From positions 1 to 9,686 of IMG/VR virus record IMGVR_UViG_2690316049_000001: 9,686 bases of DNA. The stretch is one strand, 5' to 3'. This document shows, piece after piece, positions 1 through 6,714 of this stretch (positions are counted from its first letter, which is position 1; each line of letters starts with the position of its first letter). The DNA comes from a virus (lineage: Duplodnaviria > Heunggongvirae > Uroviricota > Caudoviricetes). A program made the translations under genes and the position numbers. Below the pieces are notes generated by a model. That model had not been told where the DNA came from. It ran no database searches and worked only from the letters and a program-made list of their open reading frames with translations.

Positions 1-37
1 GCGAAGGTCGTAGGTTCGACTCCTATTATCGGCACCA
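1..37 (+). tRNA. thrW: 3' end of a tRNA gene (T-arm, acceptor 3' strand, encoded CCA), probably tRNA-Thr; truncated by the window start; prophage attachment side
   Basis: Positions 1-37 read gcgaaggtcgtaGGTTCGACTCCtattatcggcaCCA: a T-loop TTCGACT flanked by a 5-bp T-stem, a 7-nt acceptor 3' strand and CCA. The anticodon is outside the window, so the Thr assignment rests on recalled similarity to the thrW 3' end used as a P22-type attB. A tyrosine integrase converges on it from 52. Confidence 0.7.
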
Positions 38-51
38 TTTAAATCAATAAG

Positions 52-1215
52 TTACACATCATTAGTACCTTCCTTATTTTTTGACTGGGACAAATTTGGG
101 ACCGATGGGTTCAGGATCGAGTCTATTTGCCGTGCGTGTTCGGTAAGGTGATTAGGTGCAAGGTGAGCATATCGACGAACCATTTCGATAGACTCCCAGC
201 CTCCCATTTCCTGTAACACTGACAACGGGACTCCGGCTTGAACCAGCCAACTTGCCCAGGTGTGTCTCAAGTCGTGAAATCTGAAATCATCAATACCAGC
301 CCGTCTCAGCGCCGCTTTCCAGGCTGTGTTTGCGTCATACCGCATCTTCCTTACTGTTGGCGCTTTCGTTCCGTCTGGTTTGGTACAGCTTTCCTTGTAC
401 ACAAATACCCAACGGTGATGATTCCCGATTTGTTTTTTCAAAACGCGACATGCAGTATCATTCAGCGCAACGCCGATTGCGCGGTTTGATTTACTCTCTT
501 CTGGGTTTATCCATGCCACCCGGCGCTGCATATCTATTTGTTGCCATTCAAGGTTGATGATGTTCGAGCGTCTTAAGCCTGTTGCCAGTGCAAATTCAAC
601 AACAGACTTTAATGGCTCCGGACATTCATCAATCAGCCTTTGTGCTTCATGGGGCTCCAGCCAGCGGATCCGTTTATTCTTTGGTTGAGGCACTTTAATA
701 ATTGGTGCCTTATCCAGCATTTTCCATTCACGCTCTGCGGCTCTTAGTAGGGCCTTTATAAATGAAAGATGCGTAGCCTTCGTTGCAACGGACGCTGGTT
801 TTGGCGTGTATTCTGGAACAGGTTTCCCTTTTTTTCTGCATGCTTCTGCCCTGAGTTTCCAGTTTTCCTCATGACGCCGGTTCGTCATTTTCTGCATTGC
901 TGAATAAATTTTTGATTCAGTAATGTCTCTTAGTTGCATTCCTGCGAAATGTTGAAGCCAGAATCCGATCCGGCTTTTGTCATCGTCCAGTGATTTTTTA
1001 TGTGCTTTCTCTTCAAGCCACCTGACACACGCTTCCTCGAACGTTATATCAGGTATTTCACCAAGTTTGCTGACCCGCCATGCTTCAGCCTTTAGCTTGT
1101 CATGGAGTTCTGTCGCCTGCCTTTTGTCCTTTGTTCCAAGAGACTGTTTAAATCTTTTACCGTTCGGCAATGTGAAACTGGCGTACCATATTTCACCTCT
1201 GCGGAAGAGTGACAT
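52..1215 (-). CDS. int: Tyrosine site-specific integrase (P22-type)
   Basis: 387-aa ORF. C-terminal catalytic signature is visible in the translation ([11 protein letters not shown] ... MVRRYAHL, i.e. H-x-x-R and the Tyr nucleophile). N-terminus [31 protein letters not shown] matches my recollection of P22-family Int. SD GAGGA lies 6 nt upstream of the ATG at 1215. Position is immediately next to the tRNA 3' end. Confidence 0.93.
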   Translation of the reverse strand: MSLFRRGEIWYASFTLPNGKRFKQSLGTKDKRQATELHDKLKAEAWRVSKLGEIPDITFEEACVRWLEEKAHKKSLDDDKSRIGFWLQHFAGMQLRDITESKIYSAMQKMTNRRHEENWKLRAEACRKKGKPVPEYTPKPASVATKATHLSFIKALLRAAEREWKMLDKAPIIKVPQPKNKRIRWLEPHEAQRLIDECPEPLKSVVEFALATGLRRSNIINLEWQQIDMQRRVAWINPEESKSNRAIGVALNDTACRVLKKQIGNHHRWVFVYKESCTKPDGTKAPTVRKMRYDANTAWKAALRRAGIDDFRFHDLRHTWASWLVQAGVPLSVLQEMGGWESIEMVRRYAHLAPNHLTEHARQIDSILNPSVPNLSQSKNKEGTNDV

Positions 1216-1442
1216 TTTCTTTCCTCTGTTATGCCATCACCCGCGCTCACCTGGACAGTATGCAGCGGAGACTGAAGAGCCGCAATGCAGGCTTGTCGTG
1301 TTGTGAGGTAAGGAGATTTATTCTTAGTGGGATCTTTGCGTGTTGCCTGAAGACGCCCTGTGCGTATCCAGTTAATGGCAGTCGGTCTGGATATCTTGAG
1401 AAAATGACAGGCCTCATCGAGTGTGAGGCTGTATGGCTCCAT
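1092..1442 (-). CDS. xis: Excisionase / Xis-type HTH protein
   Basis: Internal start [33 protein letters not shown] is an excisionase/AlpA-type HTH. SD GAGGTG lies 6 nt upstream of the ATG at 1442..1440. This ATG overlaps the stop of the upstream gene (TAATG). The listed upstream extension to 1526 has no RBS. The 3' end overlaps the int start by 124 nt in a different frame. Confidence 0.8.
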   Translation of the reverse strand: MEPYSLTLDEACHFLKISRPTAINWIRTGRLQATRKDPTKNKSPYLTTRQACIAALQSPLHTVQVSAGDGITEERKCHSSAEVKYGTPVSHCRTVKDLNSLLEQRTKGRRQNSMTS

Positions 1443-1786
1443 TATTTCACCTCTTGCTGTGACATTGTTGAAAAATGGATACCAGCTCGTTGCTGCCAGA
1501 CGATCCAACCGAGAGTCATATCCCATGCCATGTATTCGTTATCGCCGTTTTTTGCTCTCCGACGATCGACTGTTTTACCGAAACGCTTTTCCATAAATAA
1601 TTCATAGGCTGCGCGTTCATCTGGCTCAACTTCCAGAGATGCCAGTGCAATCCGTGCCAGTTCTAAATCATTTTCAAGCTCAGCGCGAATCTCAGCGAAT
1701 GCACTCTGTGTTAAGGCGAACTCAATGCTCTGCACTTTATTCCGTGCGCGCTCAAGCAGTGCATGGTAGTTAATTTCGGTTGTCAT
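1442..1786 (-). CDS. Hypothetical early-left phage protein (114 aa)
   Basis: Complete ORF with SD GAGG upstream. Its ATG overlaps the stop of the upstream PAPS-reductase-like gene (ATGA) and its stop overlaps the xis start, giving a translationally coupled chain. No recognisable motif. Confidence 0.65.
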   Translation of the reverse strand: MTTEINYHALLERARNKVQSIEFALTQSAFAEIRAELENDLELARIALASLEVEPDERAAYELFMEKRFGKTVDRRRAKNGDNEYMAWDMTLGWIVWQQRAGIHFSTMSQQEVK

Positions 1787-2661
1787 ACCCCTACCTCTTT
1801 GAATTCCAATTCCAATTGATCACCCCAGATTTCACATGACTCTGAACACGAGCCGGTATCGAATCGCCTGGCCTGTACCATCGCCTGATACAAATTTCTG
1901 TAGTCGCTGTTGGCAGACATTCTGGCAATTCCGTCAAGCGTCAGGTGACCACGGTACATAATGTCTTTACCTGTTCTGCGATGACCATCCCTGACGTGTT
2001 TGCCTGTAACCAGCTCATTAAAAACTCGCATCAGACCTGGTTCGTCTTTACATGCAAGCCCCAGCTTTTGCGTTGACTTTTTGATGCAGAAAACACAGTT
2101 CCCGAGATGCTCCGGGATTTGCAAATCAAAAGGTTGTTTTCGCCACCACCGGATAACATCCGACTTATCAAAATCTGACAGCTCGGCAAGATACCGGACG
2201 CCCGATTTCGGTTTCAGCCTACGGGGTTCGTCTGCACGAATACCCAGCCATGTGATGTAATTACCTCGCCCGAAATGGTTATCGCAGTATTTTGTGAAAG
2301 GGATGAGTTTTAGCCTATCAGTACAGAGCGCGCCGCCGATGTATGGCGTGCCGTACTTTTTAACCATGTCCATAAACGGTTTAAGCACCGGCATTCGTGT
2401 CTGAATATCCTTTGGCTCCCATTCTGTATAACCATTTGGCTGCCCAAGCTCAGGATTTATATCGACCTGTAACACAGTTAGTGGTATGTCCCAGAACTTC
2501 ACAACCTCCCGGATAAAGCGGTATGTCAGCGGATGTTCGCAACCGGTATCCATAAAGATGTAGCAGACGTTATTGCCAGCCTTTCTTTGTTCTTCCATCA
2601 GGTGAACAAGATATGCGGATGTTCTCCCGCCAGAAAAACTAACTACATGAGTTATGCACAT
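1783..2661 (-). CDS. PP-loop ATP pyrophosphatase, PAPS-reductase-like family protein
   Basis: Chosen start MCITHVVSFSGGRTSAY at 2661 carries the PP-loop motif SGGxTS near the N-terminus. Cys pairs in the C-terminal part (CVFC, CSESC). The listed ORF extends 39 codons further upstream into the preceding gene; the internal ATG was chosen because the PP-loop normally sits at the N-terminus. The start overlaps the upstream gene stop by 10 nt. Confidence 0.78.
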   Translation of the reverse strand: MCITHVVSFSGGRTSAYLVHLMEEQRKAGNNVCYIFMDTGCEHPLTYRFIREVVKFWDIPLTVLQVDINPELGQPNGYTEWEPKDIQTRMPVLKPFMDMVKKYGTPYIGGALCTDRLKLIPFTKYCDNHFGRGNYITWLGIRADEPRRLKPKSGVRYLAELSDFDKSDVIRWWRKQPFDLQIPEHLGNCVFCIKKSTQKLGLACKDEPGLMRVFNELVTGKHVRDGHRRTGKDIMYRGHLTLDGIARMSANSDYRNLYQAMVQARRFDTGSCSESCEIWGDQLELEFKEVGV

Positions 2662-3188
2662 TTGCGTAATTCCGATAACTCGTTGAAGCGTTCCATAAAC
2701 ATCCCGTAGGCATGGCCCGGTGCCAGTGGAATAACTTTGAACATCTCTGTTGCCGGGATACCTTCCAGTACAGGCCATAAAGAGCCATCATCAAGCCCGA
2801 GATCACGGCGTTCGGTTGCCAGCATGATGAGATCGGCATATTTCACGGGCGTGCTCATAACCGGGGGCAACTCGTATTTCTCACGGATTACTGCATCTAT
2901 TTTTTCTTCCATCCGTTTATAGTCAGGAAGAAGGCGTTTCAGTGGCGCCGGGATGTCCTGGCAATACGCTTCTGTTGCATCATGCATTAACGCTTCAAAA
3001 GCAAATTCCTGCGGTACCAGTTGGCTGCAAAGCACCGCATGTTGGGCAACGCTGTAGAAATGTGAAAGATGCCCTGCAAAGCGACAGATATTTGAAAGAG
3101 AAACCGCGATATCGTTAATAACGATGTCGTCTTTATTTATCCTGTCATAATAAAAATGCTTCCCGGAAAAAGTTTTAATAAATGACAT
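2652..3188 (-). CDS. HD-domain phosphohydrolase (YfdR-like 5'-deoxynucleotidase family)
   Basis: 178 aa from the ATG at 3188, with SD GGAGAA upstream. HD motif visible (ALMHDATEAY) with an upstream His (FAGHLSHF). Length and architecture match my recollection of the cryptic-prophage protein YfdR of E. coli; this is unverified. Confidence 0.78.
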   Translation of the reverse strand: MSFIKTFSGKHFYYDRINKDDIVINDIAVSLSNICRFAGHLSHFYSVAQHAVLCSQLVPQEFAFEALMHDATEAYCQDIPAPLKRLLPDYKRMEEKIDAVIREKYELPPVMSTPVKYADLIMLATERRDLGLDDGSLWPVLEGIPATEMFKVIPLAPGHAYGMFMERFNELSELRKCA

Positions 3189-3281
3189 TTTGTTCTCCAC
3201 GTATATGCGCTGCACCGCGCTGAATTCTGGTAAAAGGAAGCCCTCACCATCCGGCGATTATTGAGTCAATTACGTTTCCAT

Positions 3282-3303
3282 AAATGCCCCCGCAGGGGCA
3301 TTT
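3282..3303 (-). terminator. Stable GC hairpin between the DUF2303-like and HD genes (possible attenuator or intra-operon terminator)
   Basis: Perfect palindrome aaatgcccc-cgca-ggggcattt: 9-bp stem, 4-nt loop, with flanking A/T runs. Function not determinable from sequence. Confidence 0.35.
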
Positions 3304-3315
3304 GCAGTAATGAAA

Positions 3316-4140
3316 TCAGGCGGTGAAAGTACCAATAAAGGTTTCTACTTTGCTGTCCTTGAATTTCTCAACAAGCAGATCACGAAATTCGTTAGCCATT
3401 TCTTCCTGCACTGCTTCCAGCTGAATAATGCGCAGAACCAGTACAGGACGATCGCCAGTGATAATGCTGAGGCGTAATTTAAACGGACGTTCTTTCAGGC
3501 CTTCAAACGGAACGCATTTAAATTCAAATGCCACAGGCATAATATCTTTGGTCTTCGCTTCGACAGACTCCATCAGGGAGCGTTTGCCGCTGAAGTCATT
3601 ATCTTCAAAATCAGCGGTCTGGTTTGCTTCAATCGTGATTTTACGGACAGCCGCAGCCGCTTTTGTTGCCTGAATAGCGTCACCATTAGCATCAAAGCCC
3701 ACAAGATAGTCTGCCCAGTCTTCAATCCATTCTGCTAGTGACTTCTGGGAGTTACGCTCGCCGTTAATAGACAACAGAGCAGAGAACGGTGCTGTCTTTT
3801 TCAGTTTGAGTGTGGCGGTGTTATCTGCGTGACCTGGTTCATCAATAGTACCCAGGTTAAGCACACTGACGGCTCGCATATTATCGGCATCGATAAAGCA
3901 GCGGGTGCCTTCATCTGCAAGATCTTTAGAGTAACGGGTAAAGTCATCGATGCTGGCAGTGGAAAGCGCACCACGGAAACGGAAGCGATTTAAATTAAAT
4001 TTTTCCAGATCATGAATGCGGAAATTCTCAGGCAATGCCACAGCATCGGCACCAATCTTACTGATAATTTCATTAACACCCTGAGCAGAAATAAGGGCAT
4101 GGATTTGATTAATTGCGGTTGCGTCTAAGTTCTGAGACAT
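3316..4140 (-). CDS. DUF2303 / YfdQ-like prophage protein (274 aa)
   Basis: Complete ORF with SD GAGGA 7 nt upstream of the ATG at 4140. Size and position, directly upstream of the HD-domain gene, match the YfdQ-YfdR arrangement recalled from E. coli cryptic prophage CPS-53. Family assignment is from memory. Confidence 0.75.
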   Translation of the reverse strand: MSQNLDATAINQIHALISAQGVNEIISKIGADAVALPENFRIHDLEKFNLNRFRFRGALSTASIDDFTRYSKDLADEGTRCFIDADNMRAVSVLNLGTIDEPGHADNTATLKLKKTAPFSALLSINGERNSQKSLAEWIEDWADYLVGFDANGDAIQATKAAAAVRKITIEANQTADFEDNDFSGKRSLMESVEAKTKDIMPVAFEFKCVPFEGLKERPFKLRLSIITGDRPVLVLRIIQLEAVQEEMANEFRDLLVEKFKDSKVETFIGTFTA

Positions 4141-4205
4141 AATAAGTCCTCACTATATAAAGATATTCAGTGATGAGATAAATAATCGGTTAATTAAGAA
4201 CGATA

Positions 4206-4568
4206 TTAATGACCTGCTGCGCGGAGTTTTCCGTCAGGTTCACCGGCAAGAGTCAGTAATTGTCCCTGGTCTTCCTGCAGAATAGTCAGGCGACCACCGC
4301 GATTGACATACATCGGCGTTTCGGTGGTGTCTTCTTCGGAAATTTTCCCGCGGTTAGTCGGGCGAACATATGAGAGTTTGTGTTTGATTTTCACACGGTT
4401 CTCATCAAATGGTTCGATTTCCAGGTTGAGTGAGACCTTACCTTTGGTTTTCGTGTTCATCACACCGGAAGCGACTTCACTGAGAACTGCGCCGATTTTG
4501 GTTTCAAATACGCCGCCGTCCAGCTCCCCAATAAATGCCTGCACATCAGTACTGCGTTCGCTAGCCAT
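4206..4568 (-). CDS. Hypothetical phage protein (120 aa), first gene of the leftward operon
   Basis: Internal start MASERSTDVQAF at 4568 has a strong SD (AGGAG, 7-nt spacing). The 106-codon upstream extension in the ORF track is Arg/Cys-rich translation of GC-rich DNA and has no RBS. Confidence 0.7.
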   Translation of the reverse strand: MASERSTDVQAFIGELDGGVFETKIGAVLSEVASGVMNTKTKGKVSLNLEIEPFDENRVKIKHKLSYVRPTNRGKISEEDTTETPMYVNRGGRLTILQEDQGQLLTLAGEPDGKLRAAGH

Positions 4569-4588
4569 TTTTCTGCTCCTAATCATAT

Positions 4589-4751
4589 CGACCCTGCAAG
4601 GTCGGTTGGTTTCTCCACAAAACAGAGAAGAACACCTGCGGTGGCAGCCGCCCGGATGGATTGGGTTATGAGCCCGTCGTCCGGTGATGTTCTTCTCTGT
4701 TTTGTAAAAAGAGCGGTACCAGCCGGAAGCAAGTGTACAAACTGGTACCGC
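4589..4751. other. GC-rich structured non-coding segment: three consecutive hairpins, including an 18-bp perfect inverted repeat
   Basis: Hairpin A: cgacc/ggtcg (4589-4604). Hairpin B: ACAAAACAGAGAAGAACA (4617-4634) pairs perfectly with TGTTCTTCTCTGTTTTGT (4688-4705), enclosing a 53-nt GC-rich loop with sub-stems (gcgg/ccgc, ccgga/tccgg, ggg/ccc). Hairpin C: 10-bp stem gcggtaccag/ctggtaccgc (4713-4722 with 4742-4751). No credible ORF on either strand. Confidence 0.4.
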
Positions 4752-4977
4752 GAGGACTACACACAGCATAAAGTTGTGGTGCCGGGTGCCTCCCGGTGCC
4801 TGGCGAAGGTTGCACACCAGGCGGGTGGGTATCCACAGAAGGTCGACTGTCAGCCTCAACCTTAACCCGCGTGCGCTGAGCCGCATTCACCACAACGCTA
4901 AGGATTCTCTCTGGTTGAAAATACTTAGCTGTTATGTGCCTGCTTTTAGCCACATCAGGCGAGGTGGACCTAGTTAT

Positions 4978-5021
4978 TCCCCAACAACAAGGATTTGGTT
5001 AATCTGGATATCCCCAACAAC
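4978..5021 (+). repeat. Two 11-bp direct repeats TCCCCAACAAC spaced 33 bp apart, upstream of the 5038 ORF
   Basis: Exact copies at 4978-4988 and 5011-5021, each preceded by AT. A 33-bp spacing is about three helical turns, typical for a direct-repeat transcription-factor binding pair. Confidence 0.5.
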
Positions 5022-5037
5022 TAGCTGAGTATTCAAC

Positions 5038-5559
5038 GTGATAGCTGAACTGTCTGCGGCTATGGCCGCTATAAAGGAGACTGCCGGTCTTGCTAAGGTT
5101 ATTAATGACGCGAAAACGGATGCAGAAGTTAAAGCTGCAACCATTGAACTCCAGAACAAACTAATCACGCTTCAGGCAGAATGCTTCTCTCTTGGCGATG
5201 CGATCCGCCTTCGTGATGAAGAGGTGATGCATCTCAAAGCAAAAATTGCAGAGTTTGAAGATTTTTGTGCCAAGGTAGAAGGATATGTCCTTGATCAGCT
5301 TGACTCTGGTGCTTTTGTTTACTCTAAAAATGAAATTGTGAGTGGAAAAGAAATAACTGTGCATCTGTGCCCACTTTGTTATTCCAAAAATATAAAATCG
5401 ATACTTCATCCGCTTCCAGTAGGTAAAACTTCTCATTTTCTTACAAGCCGTTGCCTTCACTGTGAAAATAAATTTCTTATGGAAAAAAATCCGATGTACG
5501 AACGACCAAGATCATTACGTGAGTTGGGGCGAGATCTGAATTCGCCTTGGATTCCTTAA
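5038..5559 (+). CDS. Hypothetical coiled-coil plus C4 zinc-ribbon protein (moron-like, convergent with cI)
   Basis: 173 codons from GTG 5038 (alternative ATG at 5062). N-terminal half is predicted helical (IELQNKLITLQAECFSLGDAIRLRDEEVMHLKAKIAEFEDF). C-terminal part has Cys-x2-Cys, 24 residues, Cys-x2-Cys (HLCPLC ... CLHC). Strongly AT-rich, unlike its neighbours. Followed by an intrinsic terminator. The start codon is uncertain because neither candidate has a strong SD. Confidence 0.6.
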   Translation: MIAELSAAMAAIKETAGLAKVINDAKTDAEVKAATIELQNKLITLQAECFSLGDAIRLRDEEVMHLKAKIAEFEDFCAKVEGYVLDQLDSGAFVYSKNEIVSGKEITVHLCPLCYSKNIKSILHPLPVGKTSHFLTSRCLHCENKFLMEKNPMYERPRSLRELGRDLNSPWIP

Positions 5560-5601
5560 ATCTTGCATTGGTTGGATGATACCCAGATTGTTAAAGAGCT
5601 A

Positions 5602-5624
5602 AGCGTCCTGTAGGGCGCTTTTTT
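5602..5624 (+). terminator. Rho-independent terminator downstream of the 5038-5559 ORF
   Basis: agcgtcc-tgta-gggcgct: 7-bp stem with one G.U pair and a 4-nt loop, followed by a run of six T (5619-5624). Confidence 0.6.
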
Positions 5625-5702
5625 GTTGCTAACGAATCATCCTGGACTTCATATGCCCCAGGCGGCTACTTCGTGGGCGTCCTGCCTGTTCGTTATCTTT
5701 GA

Positions 5703-5731
5703 TATAAAATCTAACTTAACTTAGTTGTCAT
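5703..5731 (-). promoter_or_regulatory. Candidate leftward (pL-like) promoter with an operator-like 14-mer (OL-a, CTAACTTAACTTAG, 5711-5724) in its spacer
   Basis: On the minus strand: -35 ATGACA (5731..5726), spacer, weak -10 TTTATA/TATATC (about 5708..5701). The 14-mer CTAACTTAACTTAG matches the CTAA-N5-CTTAG motif found twice in the cI-cro intergenic region. Lies just downstream of the cI stop, where OL/pL sits in lambdoid phages. Confidence 0.3.
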
Positions 5732-5789
5732 GGCAAGAGAAAACACCAAACTTTTCTTAGTTCGGTGCCTTAGTTAGAGAAGAGAGGCC

Positions 5790-6416
5790 TTAGAGTTCGT
5801 ATTGAACTCCTTTGACTACACCAATGATAAGGCAATTACCATTGATAGGGATGTTGGGATACCGAGGATTTAATGGTACTAAAAACTTTTGAGGGCCATC
5901 GATGACTAATTTTTTTACTGTAGCTTCGTTTGTTCCATCAAGTCGAGCGATGACTATTTTTCCATGACGAGGTTCTGCATCTGGATCTACAATCACTGTT
6001 GCGCCTTCTGGTATTGTTGGGAGGCCATTAGGGTTAGTCATGGAGTCACCTTTAACCTCTAATGCAAATGAGTTATCACCAACCTTTAATGATGTATCTA
6101 CCCACTTGTCCACTTCACTAAACACTTCTGCTGCCCTGCACTCAGTAAACTGCCCAGCCTGAACCCACGATATTACAGGAACTCTGCGCATGTTTGTGAC
6201 GAGTTTGCCTTCAAACTCAGCACCATAAAGAATGTAATCTATTGACGTATTGAAGAACTTCGCTAATTTCGAAAGTGCCTCCCCACCAGGGGTATTGATG
6301 TCTTTCTCCCAGTACCCCACAGCAACGTCGCTTACTCCACAAAATTTACCCAATTCTTTCTGGGACGTTCTGGTAACTCTTCTCAGAGCTTTTATACGCT
6401 GACCAACCGTTTCCAT
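5790..6416 (-). CDS. cI: CI-like prophage repressor (HTH_XRE plus S24 LexA-type autopeptidase domain)
   Basis: 208 aa. N-terminal HTH (TSQKELGKFCGVSDVAVGYWEKD). Ala-Gly cleavage site (WVQAGQF). S24 catalytic motifs visible (GDSM with the Ser, downstream Lys in TVKKL). Divergent from the cro-like gene. Confidence 0.9.
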   Translation of the reverse strand: METVGQRIKALRRVTRTSQKELGKFCGVSDVAVGYWEKDINTPGGEALSKLAKFFNTSIDYILYGAEFEGKLVTNMRRVPVISWVQAGQFTECRAAEVFSEVDKWVDTSLKVGDNSFALEVKGDSMTNPNGLPTIPEGATVIVDPDAEPRHGKIVIARLDGTNEATVKKLVIDGPQKFLVPLNPRYPNIPINGNCLIIGVVKGVQYEL

Positions 6417-6428
6417 AGGAGCACCATT

Positions 6429-6491
6429 TCTTTAATTGCTAAGTAATCTTAGTTTTTATTGACCAAAGATAGATTTGTAATTAGCATCTAA
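6429..6491. promoter_or_regulatory. OR-like operator/promoter region: two 14-bp CTAA-N5-CTTAG sites flanking a candidate pR
   Basis: OR-a CTAAGTAATCTTAG (6429-6442, palindromic outer arms) and OR-b CTAATAAAACTTAG (6478-6491). Between them: -35 TTGACC (6449-6454), 17-nt spacer, -10 TAGCAT (6472-6477). OR-b overlaps the -10 and start-site region. SD GGAGGG precedes the cro ATG at 6514. Confidence 0.5.
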
Positions 6492-6513
6492 TAAAACTTA
6501 GTTTGGAGGGCGT

Positions 6514-6714
6514 ATGACAACTGACGATATCGAAAGCTACTTCGGCAGTATTGAGAAAGTTGCTGCTTTTTTCGGCATAACAACTGAAGCCGTTTATCAG
6601 TGGCGAAACCGTCCGGGCCAGTTAATTCCAAAAGGACGTGCAGCAGAAGCTGCATATAGAACTTGCGGACGGTTGCCATTTAAACCTGAGCTTTATGAAA
6701 AATCTAATGGATAA
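6514..6714 (+). CDS. cro: Cro-like small HTH regulator (YdaS/Cro family)
   Basis: 66 aa, HTH (IEKVAAFFGITTEAVYQWRN), strong SD, divergent from the cI-like gene across the operator region. Confidence 0.85.
   Translation: MTTDDIESYFGSIEKVAAFFGITTEAVYQWRNRPGQLIPKGRAAEAAYRTCGRLPFKPELYEKSNG

Noticed and set aside
238-1306. Plus-strand ORFs 238-489, 330-557 and 977-1306 inside or antisense to int
   Set aside because: They lie entirely within the well-supported integrase gene on the opposite strand. Translations are Cys/Arg/Ser-rich with no motifs and no RBS, so they are shadow ORFs.
1442-1526. N-terminal extension of xis (listed start at 1526)
   Set aside because: No RBS at 1526. The internal ATG at 1442 has a GAGGTG SD and overlaps the upstream stop. 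The extension overlaps the end of the preceding gene.
1209-1607. Plus-strand ORF antisense to xis and the 114-aa gene
   Set aside because: Shadow ORF of two coupled minus-strand genes, with low-complexity translation.
2000-2922. ORFs 2000-2260 (+), 2639-2839 (-) and 2737-2922 (+)
   Set aside because: All overlap the PP-loop and HD genes in other frames or strands and have no domain features. The listed 39- and 9-codon N-terminal extensions of those two genes were likewise rejected in favour of internal starts with an SD or motif support.
3428-3673. Plus-strand ORF antisense to the DUF2303-like gene
   Set aside because: Shadow ORF inside a well-supported gene.
4589-4965. Retron msr-msd interpretation of the inverted-repeat-rich segment
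   Set aside because: No reverse transcriptase ORF (no YADD-type motif) anywhere in the window, and the 18-bp repeat encloses only 53 nt, unlike the a1/a2 geometry. Kept as an unclassified structured element.
4589-4965. REP/BIME or ERIC repetitive element
   Set aside because: The sequence does not match my recollection of REP or ERIC consensus. Cannot be fully excluded without a search.
4303-5028. ORFs 4303-4671 (+), 4641-4865 (+), 4666-4953 (-), 4774-5028 (+) and the 106-codon extension of 4206-4886
   Set aside because: All are translations of the GC-rich structured segment. They are Arg/Pro/Gly/Cys-rich with no RBS and mutually overlapping, so the region is treated as non-coding.
4974-5460. 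Minus-strand ORFs 4974-5168 and 5161-5460 antisense to the moron ORF
   Set aside because: Translations are typical AT-rich antisense products (F/I/K/Y-rich), with no RBS and no terminator in that orientation.
6488-6679. Minus-strand ORF antisense to cro
   Set aside because: Lies within the cro-like gene on the other strand, with no independent signals.
6638-6694. GTG 6638 as start of the CII-position gene
   Set aside because: The only SD-like sequence (AAGGA) is 1 nt from the GTG, and the segment lies inside cro. Downstream ATGs were preferred, though the start remains uncertain.
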